A stretch of DNA of 64,000 nucleotides from Marsupella aquatica (taxonomy: Eukaryota; Plantae; Marchantiophyta). The stretch covers positions 5,044,510-5,108,509 of the forward strand of contig OZ316892.1 in assembly GCA_973895155.1 (NCBI GenBank), in the 5' to 3' direction. Position numbers and translations under genes: made by a program. Below the pieces are notes generated by a model, which was not told the origin of the DNA, made no database searches, and worked only from the letters and a program-made list of their open reading frames with translations. Below, one piece after another: positions 1 to 11,599 of the stretch (positions within the stretch are counted from its first letter, which is position 1; the number at the start of each line of letters is the position of its first letter).

Positions 1-1023
1 AACGGTGTCAATTTTACGTATCTTATAGTGATGGTTCAAAGCCATGTAGGTCAATTTCTGTAGAACCTGCGGGGGTGCTGCTTTTCCAACCAAGGACGAC
101 GCGTTTTCAAGCAAAGTTTGGCCCCAGTTGACAATTGTGTAGAGTGCCAGGAAAATGGCACCGACAGGGTCAATCCACCAGAAGAAGTAGTCTGCCAGAA
201 GTGCCGCTGACAGCCCAACAAGGTTCGTAAGGATATCCATAAAATGATCCTTGGCGTAAGTATTCACAATTTCATTGTCGAAGCTGCTGCAATATAGGTA
301 CAGGCCCAATTTGACAAATATGGCCAACCCCATAATACTCACCAACCAGATTCGCTCCTCAAAATTCATCGCCTCTCCATGCCCTTCGACCAATTGCTCT
401 ACTCCAGTTATGAGCACCTGCAGCCCTAGTGTTGCCATTGTGGCAGCAAAAATAACAATTCCCACCGGTTGAATTCGAAGCTTCCCTATAGGATACTTGT
501 ATTGATTCTTCGTCTGCATGTGGTGGCGAGCAAACCAGAGCACGAAGCCAGCAACCAAGTCCAAGAGGGAGTCCAGTGTCGACGCTAAGATGGCAAGGGA
601 CCCACTCTGGACTACTGCATAAATCTTCACAACCAAGAGGAAGAAATTCAGGCCGTTGGAGAAGTTGATGGCGCGATTTACTCCCGGCTCCTCAGGCACA
701 GCTAATTCCCCTCCGTCAGGTGAAAGTGTACCATTGATAGCATCAACCTCCTCAAATCCGGCAAGAGCTTCTCTCTGCTGCCTGTTGTACTCTTTCTGAG
801 CAGGTGTAAGCCCATCCCTCTCGTCAAAGTCGGCCTTCTCCACATACTTGTGAAACTTGAATTGCCAGCGGCCTGATAACATTGGTTTGAGACCGGTGGA
901 GGGCCTCTCTTTCCACTTGCGCTTCCCTTCATCAATGGGCAGACCTCCATGATTTCTCTCATAGGGCTGCTCGCTGATCAAGAGCGGAGCCTCTAGGTCG
1001 GACCTCGATCCAGCAGCAGCCAT
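1..1023 (-). CDS. MTP8: Metal tolerance protein (Mn-CDF, MTP8-like), copy 1; 3' end runs off the window
   Basis: Manual translation from ATG at 1023 (MAAAGSRSDLEAPLLISEQP...) stays open through ASTLDSLLDL, YKYPIGKLRIQPVG, AKDHFMD and WWIDP to the window edge. Collinear paralog of 1932..3167; no introns seen. Confidence 0.9.
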   Translation of the reverse strand, partial: MAAAGSRSDLEAPLLISEQPYERNHGGLPIDEGKRKWKERPSTGLKPMLSGRWQFKFHKYVEKADFDERDGLTPAQKEYNRQQREALAGFEEVDAINGTLSPDGGELAVPEEPGVNRAINFSNGLNFFLLVVKIYAVVQSGSLAILASTLDSLLDLVAGFVLWFARHHMQTKNQYKYPIGKLRIQPVGIVIFAATMATLGLQVLITGVEQLVEGHGEAMNFEERIWLVSIMGLAIFVKLGLYLYCSSFDNEIVNTYAKDHFMDILTNLVGLSAALLADYFFWWIDPVGAIFLALYTIVNWGQTLLENASSLVGKAAPPQVLQKLTYMALNHHYKIRKIDTV

Positions 1024-1931
1024 TGTCTCACTCTTCGCTTCAAATGGAGTTCAATTCTGCGGGTGCATTGGAGCCCCACTCTTCTCTTTACACTCAGTTC
1101 ATTACTTCGGGGTGCATCAGAGCCGAACTATAGTCGCAACATTTGCGGTGGGGTGCTCTGGGTTGAATTGCATGCTGAATCTTGGCACGGCCAGAACAGA
1201 ATAACCAATAGCGAAGCGACAGATGGTCGGGAAAAGGAGCCGTTGAGACAAAGAATTCTTGAGGGAAAAGAGAATTTTTTGTTGTGGGGAAGGTTCATAT
1301 AACAATTTGTAATACTACATTTTCACTGCAGACAAAAGTGGGGCCATGTCAGGGCGTGTCCACTAGTCCGAAAACAGGATCTTGAAGGACCTGATGTTGG
1401 AGAATCTCGAAAATAGAAAAACCGCAGCTGCCCTTTTCAGATGGGCTTGTGTGCTCTGAAAATACTCTTTAATCTGGTGTGGATCTTCGTTTTGTACATC
1501 ACTCTCCAACAGCAAAGATGAAGATTTTGGAAATACAATTTTTCTTCGTCCTCCGGCATTTATTGTATGCAGTGTTTGTTTTTCAATTTTGGCAAAGAGC
1601 TTTCTAGTGTATTTTTTGTAGAAAACCATTTATAGACCATCATATTTTTAATTTTTTTAATAGTGATACAATATATCGACATCAGTAACTGATTCAGCAA
1701 TTTGCAATTCACAAACATCTGGTGACAAAAGTGTGTCTTGCCTAGACAGACTTGATAGAGGTCGTTGGAAAACTGCACACAGATTTGTACCTTGAACTGG
1801 CGTAAGACTCAACTCGCAAATGGACAACGCAAGTAGGTACGGAATTGATTTGCACGACATTTTGAAAGTGCACTGTGCCTGAATGACTCCGTATTTTGAT
1901 TTTCGGAAAGGATGGGGAAAGGACTAGTATG

Positions 1932-3167
1932 TCAATGCTTCAACTCTGCAGCAAAGTGCTCAGGTCGATGGACACTGTCATAATCTAGATGTACAAAAGC
2001 TCGTTCCACCTCTGTCAAACGCTCTAATTTATTTTGCAAACTTTCACCAATTTCGTGAGCTTCCTTCAAGGGCATCTCTTCCGGCAGTTCTATGTCCACC
2101 TCCACAAAGTAGAAGGTCCCAAATGTGTAAGCACGAACAGTGTCGATTTTACGTATCCTCGGGTCGTGGTTTAGAGCCATGTAGGTCAATTTCTGTAGAA
2201 CCTGCGGGGGAGCTGCTTTCCCAACCAAGGACGAAGCGTTTTCAAGCAACGTTTTGCCCCAATTGAAAATTGTGTAGAGTGCCAGGACAATGGCACCGGC
2301 AGGGTCAATCCACCAAAAGAAGAAGTCTCCTAGAAGTGCTGCTGCTAGTCCGGCAAGGTTTGTAATGACGTCAAAAAAGTGATCCATGGCGTAGACGTTC
2401 ACAATCTCATTGTCCAAGCTGCTGCAATATAGGTACAGGCCCATTTTGATTAGTATCGCCAACCCCATGATCACAATCAACCATAATCTCTGCTTAGCAT
2501 CCATGGCCTGCTTATCCCCTTCCAGCAGCTGCTCTACTCCAGTGATCAACACCTGCAGCCCCAAAGTTGCCATTGCCGCAGCAAAAACAACAATTCCCAC
2601 TGGCTGAATTCGGAGCTTTCCTATAGGATACTTGTACCGGTCCTTCCTCTGCATATAGAAGTGAGAAAACCAGAGAACAAATCCAGCAACCAAGTCCAAG
2701 AGGGAGTCCAGTGTCGATGCTAAGATGGCCAGTGACCCACTCTGGACAACCGCATACATCTTCACAACCAAGAGGAAAACATTCAGGCCATTGGAGAGGT
2801 TGATGGCCAGATTGACTCGCGGATCCTCAGGCTCACGGATGCTCGGATCTTCGGCTCTAGTGATGGCATCAACCTCCTCAAATCCAGCGAGCGCTTCGCG
2901 CTGCTTCTTGTTGTACTCCCTCCTTCCAGGTGTGTGCTCAGCACTCTCCGAGAAGTCCATCGCCTCCACATACTTGTGATACTTGAATTGCCAGCGACCT
3001 GGCTGCAACGATTTGAGACCTGACGAGGTCCTCTCTTTCCACTTGCGCTTCGGCTCATCACTTGGCAAAGCTCCCGGATACTGTGATCGATGAGATGGGT
3101 TTCTCTCATGGGGCTCCTCGCTGATCAACAGAGAAGCCTCCAAGTCGGAACTGGACCTAAGAGACAT
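1932..3167 (-). CDS. MTP8: Metal tolerance protein (Mn-CDF, MTP8-like), copy 2, ~411 aa, intronless
   Basis: Motifs DSLLD (TM2), DHFFD (TM5), YKYPIGKLRIQPVG and the C-terminal dimerization domain (IDTVRAYTFG...VERAFVHLDY). The likely start is ATG 3167 (MSLRSSSDLEASLL), matching the copy-1 N-terminus; the ORF-track extension to 3647 is translated tandem repeat. Confidence 0.93.
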   Translation of the reverse strand: MSLRSSSDLEASLLISEEPHERNPSHRSQYPGALPSDEPKRKWKERTSSGLKSLQPGRWQFKYHKYVEAMDFSESAEHTPGRREYNKKQREALAGFEEVDAITRAEDPSIREPEDPRVNLAINLSNGLNVFLLVVKMYAVVQSGSLAILASTLDSLLDLVAGFVLWFSHFYMQRKDRYKYPIGKLRIQPVGIVVFAAAMATLGLQVLITGVEQLLEGDKQAMDAKQRLWLIVIMGLAILIKMGLYLYCSSLDNEIVNVYAMDHFFDVITNLAGLAAALLGDFFFWWIDPAGAIVLALYTIFNWGKTLLENASSLVGKAAPPQVLQKLTYMALNHDPRIRKIDTVRAYTFGTFYFVEVDIELPEEMPLKEAHEIGESLQNKLERLTEVERAFVHLDYDSVHRPEHFAAELKH

Positions 3168-3224
3168 GGCCTCACTGCGCACAACACATACACAAACAGC
3201 ACAGCCAGCAGCAGCGGAAGATTT

Positions 3225-3900
3225 CAACAATCGTTGGCACTTGGGGTGAGCTGAAGTCGGTGCCCAACACTGAACGGAGGAGAGAAATGTCGAGAAATCT
3301 TGAATGCAAATGGATGGATGTGAGATAAAGCTCAAATTGAGAGAAATCAATTGTTGCAGAGTTGAACAATTGTTAGCACTTGGGGTGAGCTGAAGTCGGT
3401 GCCCAACACTGAATGGAGGAGAGAAATGTAGAGAAATCTTGAATGCAAATGGATGGATGTGATTTAAAGCTCGAAATTGAGAGAGATCAATTGCCGCAGA
3501 TTGAACAATAGTTAGCACTTGGGATGAGCTGAAGTCGGTGCCCAACACTGAACGGAGGAGAGAAACGTCGAGAAATCTTGAAGGCAAATGGATGGATGTG
3601 AGATAAAGCTCAAATTGAGAGAGATCAATTGCCGCAGAGTTGAACAATAGTTAGCACTTGGGATGAGCTGAAGTCGGTGCCCAACACTGAACGGAGGAGA
3701 GAAACGTCGAGAAATCTTGAAGGCAAATGGATGGATGTGAGATAAAGCTCAAATTGAGAGAGATCAATTGCCGCAGAGTTGAACAATAGTTAGCACTTGG
3801 GGTGAGCTAAAGTCGGTGCCCAACACTGAATGGAGGAGAGAAATGTAGAGAAATCTTGAATGCAAATGGATGGATGCGATATAAAGCTCAAACTGAGAGA
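3225..3900. repeat. Tandem array, 139-bp unit, ~4.8 near-identical copies
   Basis: The ttggg(g/a)tgagct(g/a)aagtcggtgcccaacactgaa motif recurs at 3241, 3380, 3519, 3658 and 3797 (period 139). Confidence 0.95.
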
Positions 3901-4129
3901 AATGAGAAATGATTGGGGCGGCGAGCATCGAGGGACTCGACGGAGGTTATGCAACAACTAAACAGCAGCAGCTTACAAAGGATTCTTGGTCACACATATC
4001 TTGCTTGCAGATCCTGTGACAAAATTGATTTTCCCTGTCATCCGTTTCTTTTGCTAAAATTTAATTCTTAATTTAAGGTAAGGAAGCACCAAATGTAATC
4101 CTCAATAACACCTGCAGTTAAACAAGCAG

Positions 4130-4245
4130 GGAACAGAGAACACAAACCCAAGGGCCAAGAGGTCAACAGAACAGAGAACACAAAACCCAAGGGCCCAAGA
4201 GGTCAAGGGAACAGAGAACAAAAAACCCAAGGGCCCAAGAGGTGA
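4130..4245. repeat. Short tandem repeat, ~40-bp unit, 3 copies
   Basis: aacagagaaca(c/a)aaacccaagggcc(c)aagaggt repeated three times. Confidence 0.8.
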
Positions 4246-5216
4246 AGGCCACTGACACCTGAGTGCCGCAAAGCCCTTCAACAAACGACACCTTGGAAGC
4301 CCAGGCCTAGACATTGGGTGGATACTAAAACCAGTGGGGAATAGCGAACATGAATGATGGAGCCCCACAAGCACACCAATTGAAGACACCCGGGAAGCTC
4401 ATGCTCTCGGCAGTCGTCCATGACTGTGCAGAGTCCTCGAGTTTCCTGCCCTGAAGTGAATACTTGGCATGTCAGCATTGAGTGAGATTTGTACATATGA
4501 CTCAACTTCCTCCTCAGGCACGCCTGACTTTATAGAAAGTTTTTTTTATGTTTTGGGGGTGGGGGCTGTCCCAGTAATTGCATATCAAAATATGATATAT
4601 AAGATGAACCACATCTCTCCATACCATGATAAACCTCATTATGATTTTTAGATCAATGAGTGAACCCTGTATATTAACACATTTTGATGTGTGATTATTA
4701 CCGGCAGGGATACTGGAGAACCAAGGGCAAGGGCCGAAAACTTTTCATACCTTGAGATCCCAAACCTTGAAACTTGAATTAAACAAAGAACATTTCCCAA
4801 CAGAGCCTTGTAAAATCTAGATGTGGAACTACAAGCAGATAGTATTGAGATTTGGATCTGAGTTTTACAATACTTTTAGGAGTGCTAAGGGCCGGAAACT
4901 TGTGAGACAATACATGCAAGACAGCCCGTAGACCTTCTGCTAGGAGTGATTCCTAGTCTACCACCCATCTCTCAATGGGCAAGTCTTGGATCCAAGTACA
5001 CCATCCAGTGCTTCTCAAGGCATTTCAAAGGATGACAACTGTAATATCTATGCTCAGGGCAGTGATGCTCCAATAAATCCTTAATCTGCTTTCTGGTAAA
5101 ACTAACTAGTAAGCTATCATTGAGTAGACAGAAGGGAGAAACCTTTTCATCCAGGAATGCTGGAGGCCCTTGGAGAATGGGTGGGACTGGGGATTGACAT
5201 TGCGTTAAACCTCGTC

Positions 5217-6423
5217 GAGTTAATTCGTCCCCATTTTCTGGAGCCCGTACACTGCCCGTCCCAATCCCCAATGCTGCTGCCCCCTCCGGCCTGAGTTTGC
5301 CAAAACATAAACCAATACCCTACCATTTTGTCATCCACTCTGGCCTGATCAACTTTGTGTCATTGACTTTGGGTTTATGTTTTGGTACCCTTCACTTGTT
5401 GTTGCTTGCTCCTGCCCAAGTCCCCTATGCTGCTGCCCACTCCGACCCAAGTTTGCCAAAACATAATTTAAGACTATCATTAATCATGATTCTATTACAA
5501 AAGAGACATGACTCCATTGGAAAGAAGTGTTGCCATAACATAAACCATGACTCCATAGAGAAGAAACATTCGGGAGAATATTGACCAAGACTCTATCCAT
5601 GATGACTCTTAACCAAAGTACTAGGCTCTGCCTGAACACTTAGACTTTGTTACTAAACAAGCATGATTTCATATGGAAAGAAGAAGTGTTGCCATAACAT
5701 AAACAACTACTCCAAAGAGAACAAGCATTTGGTAGAACATCAACCACAACTCTGTCAATCATGACTCTTAACCAAAGTAGTAGGCTCTATCTGAACAACT
5801 CTATCTGAACACTTGGACTCTATTACGAAGAAAGCACTATGCAGTTGGAAAGAAGTGTTGCCAGAACATAACCACAACTCCATAAAGAAGAAGCATTTGG
5901 CGGAACATCAACCAAAACTCTATAAATCATGACTCTTAACCAAAATACTAGGCTCTGCCTGAACACTTACTCTGCTACAAAGCAAACATGACTCCGTTGG
6001 TAAGAAGTGTTGCCAAAACATAATCCACGATTCCACAAGGAAGAAGTCGATGACACAAAGTTGATTGGGCCGGAGCGGGCAACAACTAGTGAAGGGTGCC
6101 AAAATATAAACCCAAAGTCAATGACACAAACTTGATTGGGCCAAAGCGGGTAACAAATGGTAAAATATTGGTTTATGTGCCTAGAGAGGCATGACTTTGT
6201 GGTAGCTCATTTGGGTAGAGACTGATAGGTATTAGGTTCAACTATTGTGGTTGACTCTTCCCTTTTTGTGAGATTTCATAGATTTCTCCTTAAAAATAAA
6301 TAAATAAAATATTGGTTTATGTTTTGACAAACTTTGGCTGGGACGGCAGCAGCATTGGGGAATGGGATGGGCGGTGTAAGGGGGCAGTGTAAGGGGCAGG
6401 GGAAAATGGGGGAGCATTAACTC
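5217..6423. mobile_element. Non-autonomous TIR/foldback-type element with internal ~160-bp tandem repeats
   Basis: Left end gagttaattcgtccccattttc...ccccaatgctgctgcc...tttgccaaaacataaaccaata is the imperfect inverse of the right end (tattggtttatgttttgacaaa...ggcagcagcattgggg...gaaaatgggggagcattaactc). Internal aagaagtgttgcca units at ~5522, 5682, 5850 and 6002. No TSD identified. Confidence 0.6.
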
Positions 6424-6519
6424 TGCCTGAACTTAAATTCAAGGTGGAGATTGGGGGATGGGAGATGGGAGCCCTTCACTGAGATCAGGGTCAAAGGTCT
6501 TGGAATGGAGCTCTTCTCT

Positions 6520-6995
6520 CCAAAAGCATGATGGGGATAGTGACTGTCAATGAAATTGGAATTCCCTTTGAAAGGTGACGGAAGAACTGACAGCAAAGAC
6601 TCCTGCACAAGGGGAATCGATTCGAGTCTTCAAAAGTTCAAGTTCACCGGTCCAGCTGGAAGTAAAACAGGAACTTTGATTTATAAGGGTTGTGGTTAAT
6701 ATAAACGTAAAAGCATGATGCAGATACTGAGTGTCAATGAAATTAGATTTCCCTTTGAAAGGTGACAGGAAGGAGTGATAGCAATGACTCCTGTACAAGG
6801 GGAATCAATTCGAGTCTTCAAGAGTTCAAGTTCACTACTGAGTGTTAATGAAATTAGATTTCCCTTTGAAAGGTGATGGAAGGACTGATAGCAATGACTC
6901 CTGTACACGGGAACTTGATTCGAGTCTTCAAGAGTCCAATTTCACCGGTCCAGAAGGAAGGGAAACAAGGAGCTTTGATTTATAAGGGTTGTGTT
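6520..6995. repeat. Triplicated ~130-180-bp segment just upstream of SCNM1
   Basis: gt(c/t)aatgaaatt.gatt.ccctttgaaaggtga...gactcctg.aca.ggg...ttcgagtcttcaa occurs at ~6546, ~6733 and ~6844. Confidence 0.8.
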
Positions 6996-7033
6996 TCTTA
7001 CAGGTCGCATATGCGAGAGATAGATTCATAGGG

Positions 7034-8878
7034 ATGAGCACTTACGGAGGGGACAGCTGGGTGCCGGAGAATTTGTACAGGAAGCGGAGGGTGGCAGAGC
7101 TTCTTGGAGAAGAGATCGAAGAAGATGAAGTGCGGCTGCTGAGCAATGGCGGACTAGCTTGCTTGGTCTGCCCCAACCGCCCTGTTCTCGATACGATGCC
7201 CATGTTACATGTATGTTCTTTCTTTCCATGCTCTCTTTCTTGCTTCTCCTCTAACCCTATGCCAATTTTCAATTCAATTGGGTTCTACAGAGTTAGCTGT
7301 GCTGTTACTGGGGAAAGCAAACAATGCGGAAAAATGAGGAATTGAATTCAATTAATTAGAGGGCAAGGGACAGAAAGGAAGAGCAGGGAAGAGAGCTCGC
7401 CAAACGCAAGGCAAAGAAAAATCAAGACAAAACCACAGAACATTAACACCTGGAGTTGACGAATCTTCAGATTTCCTTCTCTTCATGTAATTTCCGAAGT
7501 AAATTGAAGACAGACACGCCAACAAGTAGACCTGATCAAATTTTACAAAACCTTTTTCTCAAAATTGGGCAGGAGTACACATGGAACCCTAAACAACAAT
7601 AGGCAAGAAACTGACGTCCTCAGTCCACTTCCACGCATCGCCCACGGGCTGAAGTTAGGAAATGTAGGAGACAGATACTACTCTCATAGATTCTGCGTAG
7701 AGGTTGATGATGAAATTATTGCTATTTGGCAATAACCGATTTAGGTCAAATTTGTAAGGGCTATTCCATTTTGTAGTCAGACGTAGGTTGGCGTTCAATC
7801 TATGCAAAGGGCCAAAGTTTGTGTTTGCTTGATATTAACGCAATGTTGGTATCCTATGGTGAGTAGATCCACAGAAAAGGTGCTCGCCATCTGGCTGCCG
7901 CAGAGAAATTGCGAGAGAAAAAGCGAAGATTGCACCAGGAGATTCAGAAGCGCATAGCGCTTGGGTCCGATGCTGTCCCAAGCACAGGGTCCACTTCCAC
8001 TTCTAATCCTGACATTTCTGGGTCGCGGAAGAAAGTTTCCCCTCTTTTGACGGCAACGAAAAATATCGTAAACGCAGTTTTACTTGGCCAAGGCGATGGT
8101 GACTCAGGTACAGGTAAGCTACCGAGGGATGTATCATCTGGAAGCGAGGAGGTCAAAGCCTATGTGAGCAAAAGGAACGGTTCGTTCTTTCAAAGCCAGA
8201 CAGAGAATCCTGCTTCAACTATAGCGACCAATGCGGGGATACCAGCATCATCCAAGTCTCCTCTCGAGAAGGCTCGCGAAGTGAGCTCGGAGTATACAAA
8301 AGCCAAAAGTGTTGTCAAGGCTTCTAGCAGCCAGAAGAGGAAAACTTCAGATAGACCTGCTGTTGAGCTAGAAACTGATGTGGAAATGCAAGCTCTACGG
8401 CGTCAGGCACAACAAGAGTTGAAGTGGAAGGAAGCAGGCTGGAGGCGGGATTCATCAGGGCGTTGGTCCAGGGATGAAAATGTAAGTCCTCCTGAATCCT
8501 ACTTTTTGTCTGCGCTACTGGACCTCCTCCTAGATCGCTTCCGCTCATGAACTCTAGTAAATAGATCGGACAGATTGCAATATTTCAGTCACACTGGTTT
8601 CCAAACGACGATAGGGTTTGCATATAATCGGGCTCAGTATCCAAGAAGGGCACTATTGGAATGTAGAGCCTCGCATATAAAGTAATCATGATTACTTTAT
8701 ATGGAATACCTTAACACTTGAGGGACTATGATGCAGTCGTTAAAATCTCCAATTTGCCTTTCTCTGTAACTAAGCCTACACACCAGATGGTCACGCAAAT
8801 ATCGGGATTGACATTCTGGGAATTCTTCTGCAGGTAGAGTTTGATTCAGATGAAGAGGTGCCAGTTGATGATGTATAG
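7034..8878 (+). CDS. SCNM1: Sodium channel modifier 1 (SCNM1), zinc-finger minor-spliceosome factor; exons 7034-7210, 7867-8481, 8834-8878
   Basis: N-terminus GGDSW..RKRRV..LL; zinc finger CLVCPNRPVLDTMPMLH|IHRKGARH split by a GT-AG intron; C-terminus GWRRDSSGRWSRDEN|VEFDSDEE. All junctions are GT-AG and phase-compatible. Confidence 0.9.
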
Positions 8879-10064
8879 ATGTCTCAGTTCTTTTTTCCTT
8901 TGGACTCAGCTTGAGCAAGCACTCCTGATGAAGTCTTGTATATAACTGGACACAAACGAGGTTCAACATAGAGCTTGCGTTGTCCTCACGGCAAGAGTCA
9001 GTGCGGTGATTTTGTTTCTCTTGACAAGGCGCGAGCTGTACTGTACGCTAAATGAAGGTCACTGCGCCAAACAATTGGAGATCGAACCATACGTGAGTCA
9101 ACCAGTATATGCTGTTTGGAAGTACTACTTGATCGATCTATAAGAGATGATTCTAGCCTTTTGGTAATTGTGACATAAACTTTGCTCCACTTTCCTTTCT
9201 TCTTTTGACAGAACATTATTCCTGCCATTGTTTAGAAAGAGGATTAAGTTGTCTTCTGTCACTTCTGCTTGTTGACCTCCTGTCTGCGGACTACGAAATG
9301 TACAGTTGGATCTATTCAGGAGGTGTCAGATTCCCGACTGGTGGAGCACTGCTAGCATGCAATTTTACACATTGCTTTTCTCTGCCCAAGTGTACCGAAG
9401 GAAGTGGAGAGGATGGCGCAACCCAACAGTGAGTGGAGCCGTCAGTGAATGTAATGCTGATTCACGCACGAGAGAAGAATTAAGCACAACTAGATAAGAA
9501 ACCGGCACAATTGCACCACAAGGACAAGAAACGCTTAGGCATTCGCTCCTCGCAAAACTGATGTCCAGATAGAAGTAGAGATGCTAGTCCAAACTTAGCT
9601 CAAGAAGAGGAGACTGTCGTTGGTGGGCAGCTGCTGCCTGGTGAAAGGTGAGCCAAAGTGGTCTCCCAGCCAATTGGCGATTGAACCAAAGAAATGGGGG
9701 CGTCTTAGCCAAATGCATCCGTCTTCAGGAGCATTAGTTGGGTTTCACAGGTGGATTCTTGCGATGCATTAAAGTTCCTATGTTCGTGCAAGGGAAAGTG
9801 TAAGCAGAGGAAGTTAAAAGTGGACTCGCAAGAACTCACCTCGTGGGTGAAAAGAGCCATGGAAGAGCGCTTTCGAAGAGGAACAAAACTGATTTTGATA
9901 TAGATGACACGACGCCCAAAACTGTCAGCACACAAGAAATTTCGTTTTCGTCGTGATGTTATTCTGTGAACACCATATAGCAATGAATTAAGGATGATAG
10001 GAAATTTACTAAGGTGGATTTTTTCAATATCACTCAGAGGTCCCCCAAGGACCTCAAGAAGTCG

Positions 10065-10490
10065 TTCTGCAGGTTTTCATTCTCATCGATGCTTGTGTAC
10101 TAAGGAATCTTTAAAATGTAACAAGACTGAAAGCCAAGTATTTGAATCTTCAAGTAGGATACTATTGACGACTTTAGTCAGATGTGAGCTACGATAGTAA
10201 GAAAGCACAAACGGCAGGTTAAGACTCGTGAACTCTGTTTATCAGGCAAGGACAGTTTGCAGTGCAAGCACTATGACAACATGGCCATTTGAAAAACAAA
10301 GATGTAATCCTGGCGGAGAAAGACATAATTGCTGTGTAAAAATGAGTCATACCAGCAAAGGTGTCCCCACTGAGAGAGTATAATGGTTGAAGGGTCGTCT
10401 CCCTCAATTACAAAACATCATCATTTCTTGATTCTTTCTTAAAGGATCCGACTCAGGAGTGTGGGGGCTCAACCAGACAGTCATCCTTTC
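10065..10490. repeat. Diverged duplicated non-coding segment (copy A; copy B at ~15605-16010)
   Basis: Collinear shared blocks ttcattctcat, aacaagactgaaa, tgagctacg, aacatggccat, aatgagtc, gactcaggagtgtg and ggctcaaccagaca. Confidence 0.65.
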
Positions 10491-11094
10491 TCTTCCTCAT
10501 AGCTCAGAGCAAGTTACTGAACTATATTGTGAAAGCTTTGCTGCCTAAACTTGACCATTGCTGCCGAAACTTGACCATTACCGACAAGCAGACATCGATC
10601 TCCCTTCGATATGTCTGTTGTGTGGCAGAAGTCCTCACTTTCTGAAACCCATGAATGTAATAATGAACAGTCAGTGTAACATGACTGCGCACTAAGAGAT
10701 CCATTAACATCACTAAAGTACTCACCACGGATAGAGGATGAAGATGCTTTCTCGAGGGGTCAAAAATGAAATCACTTAAAAACGATTGATGCATGACGAA
10801 GCTTGGCAGCCCCTTCGAAGAGAGCCGCCTGCTCAAGTTTCCGAGTTTGGTGGGGTTGTCCCGACTGGATGACCGGCTCCGCCAAATTAGTGACCAGTGG
10901 GGCAAGTTCAAAGTCCGACAAGTTCAAAGTTCCAGGAGAAATCCTGATGAGTTTTCAGTTATGGCCATTCTTGACGCTTCCAGTGTCTTTGGCGGACCAG
11001 TCGCGTGTCGCCAAATGCATAAGCGCAACTGCTACAGAGTGAGGTGAGAACGAACGTATCTACCTAAACGAACATAGTGATTTTCGGCTGGCAA

Positions 11095-11122
11095 TTCTTC
11101 TTCTTCTTCTTCTTCTTCTTCT
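11095..11122. repeat. (TTC)n microsatellite
   Basis: Run of about 9 TTC units. Confidence 0.9.
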
Positions 11123-11599
11123 TTTATTTTACTTTTCCTGTGATCAGCGAATTGGTCTCCTGGTCTAATGTCGGTCAGAGTCCTGGCTAAGAACGTTCTA
11201 CTTAGATCCTACCGTAGGAGGCAGTTGGCTCAGAGGTAGATTGTGTTCGTTTTGGTAGACGCATCAAGCTTCGACCACTTCTTCCGGTCGTAAGTGAGCC
11301 AACAAAGAAGTCTTGATCTGACTGTGCATGGAGCTAAGTCAAACAAAGCTGAGACCCAGATCACTCAATCGGGTTTAATTTAGTGTTGGACTCATTTCAA
11401 TCACGGAGCTCAGAGCCAATTCTTTCACCACTCTTGAGTCTCTCAAACTTGTTGGTGTCTCCATTCGCATCTAGTCATGGCAACCTCTTCTCCATTTCTG
11501 TATTGGGTTGCCGCTGTTTAGTGAATTGGATGGCAAGTGCCATGAATTCTTTATTTCCTGCCTTTTCTCTGCATAGCCAATTCTCCTTCTAGTTCAGCC

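Noticed and set aside
3168-3647. 160-aa N-terminal extension of the 571-aa MTP ORF
   Set aside because: It is mostly translated 139-bp repeat, begins at a non-ATG codon, and the paralog starts at the position equivalent to 3167.
3225-3900. CRISPR-like array or tracrRNA-like motif (aagtcggtgc)
   Set aside because: Units are repeated in full with no unique spacers, the context is eukaryotic with no cas genes, and the match is only ~9 nt.
7211-7866. U12-type intron in SCNM1 (also considered for HNL intron 24172-24330)
   Set aside because: Donors are GTATGT and GTATCTAT, not GTATCCTT, and there is no TCCTTAAC branch site.
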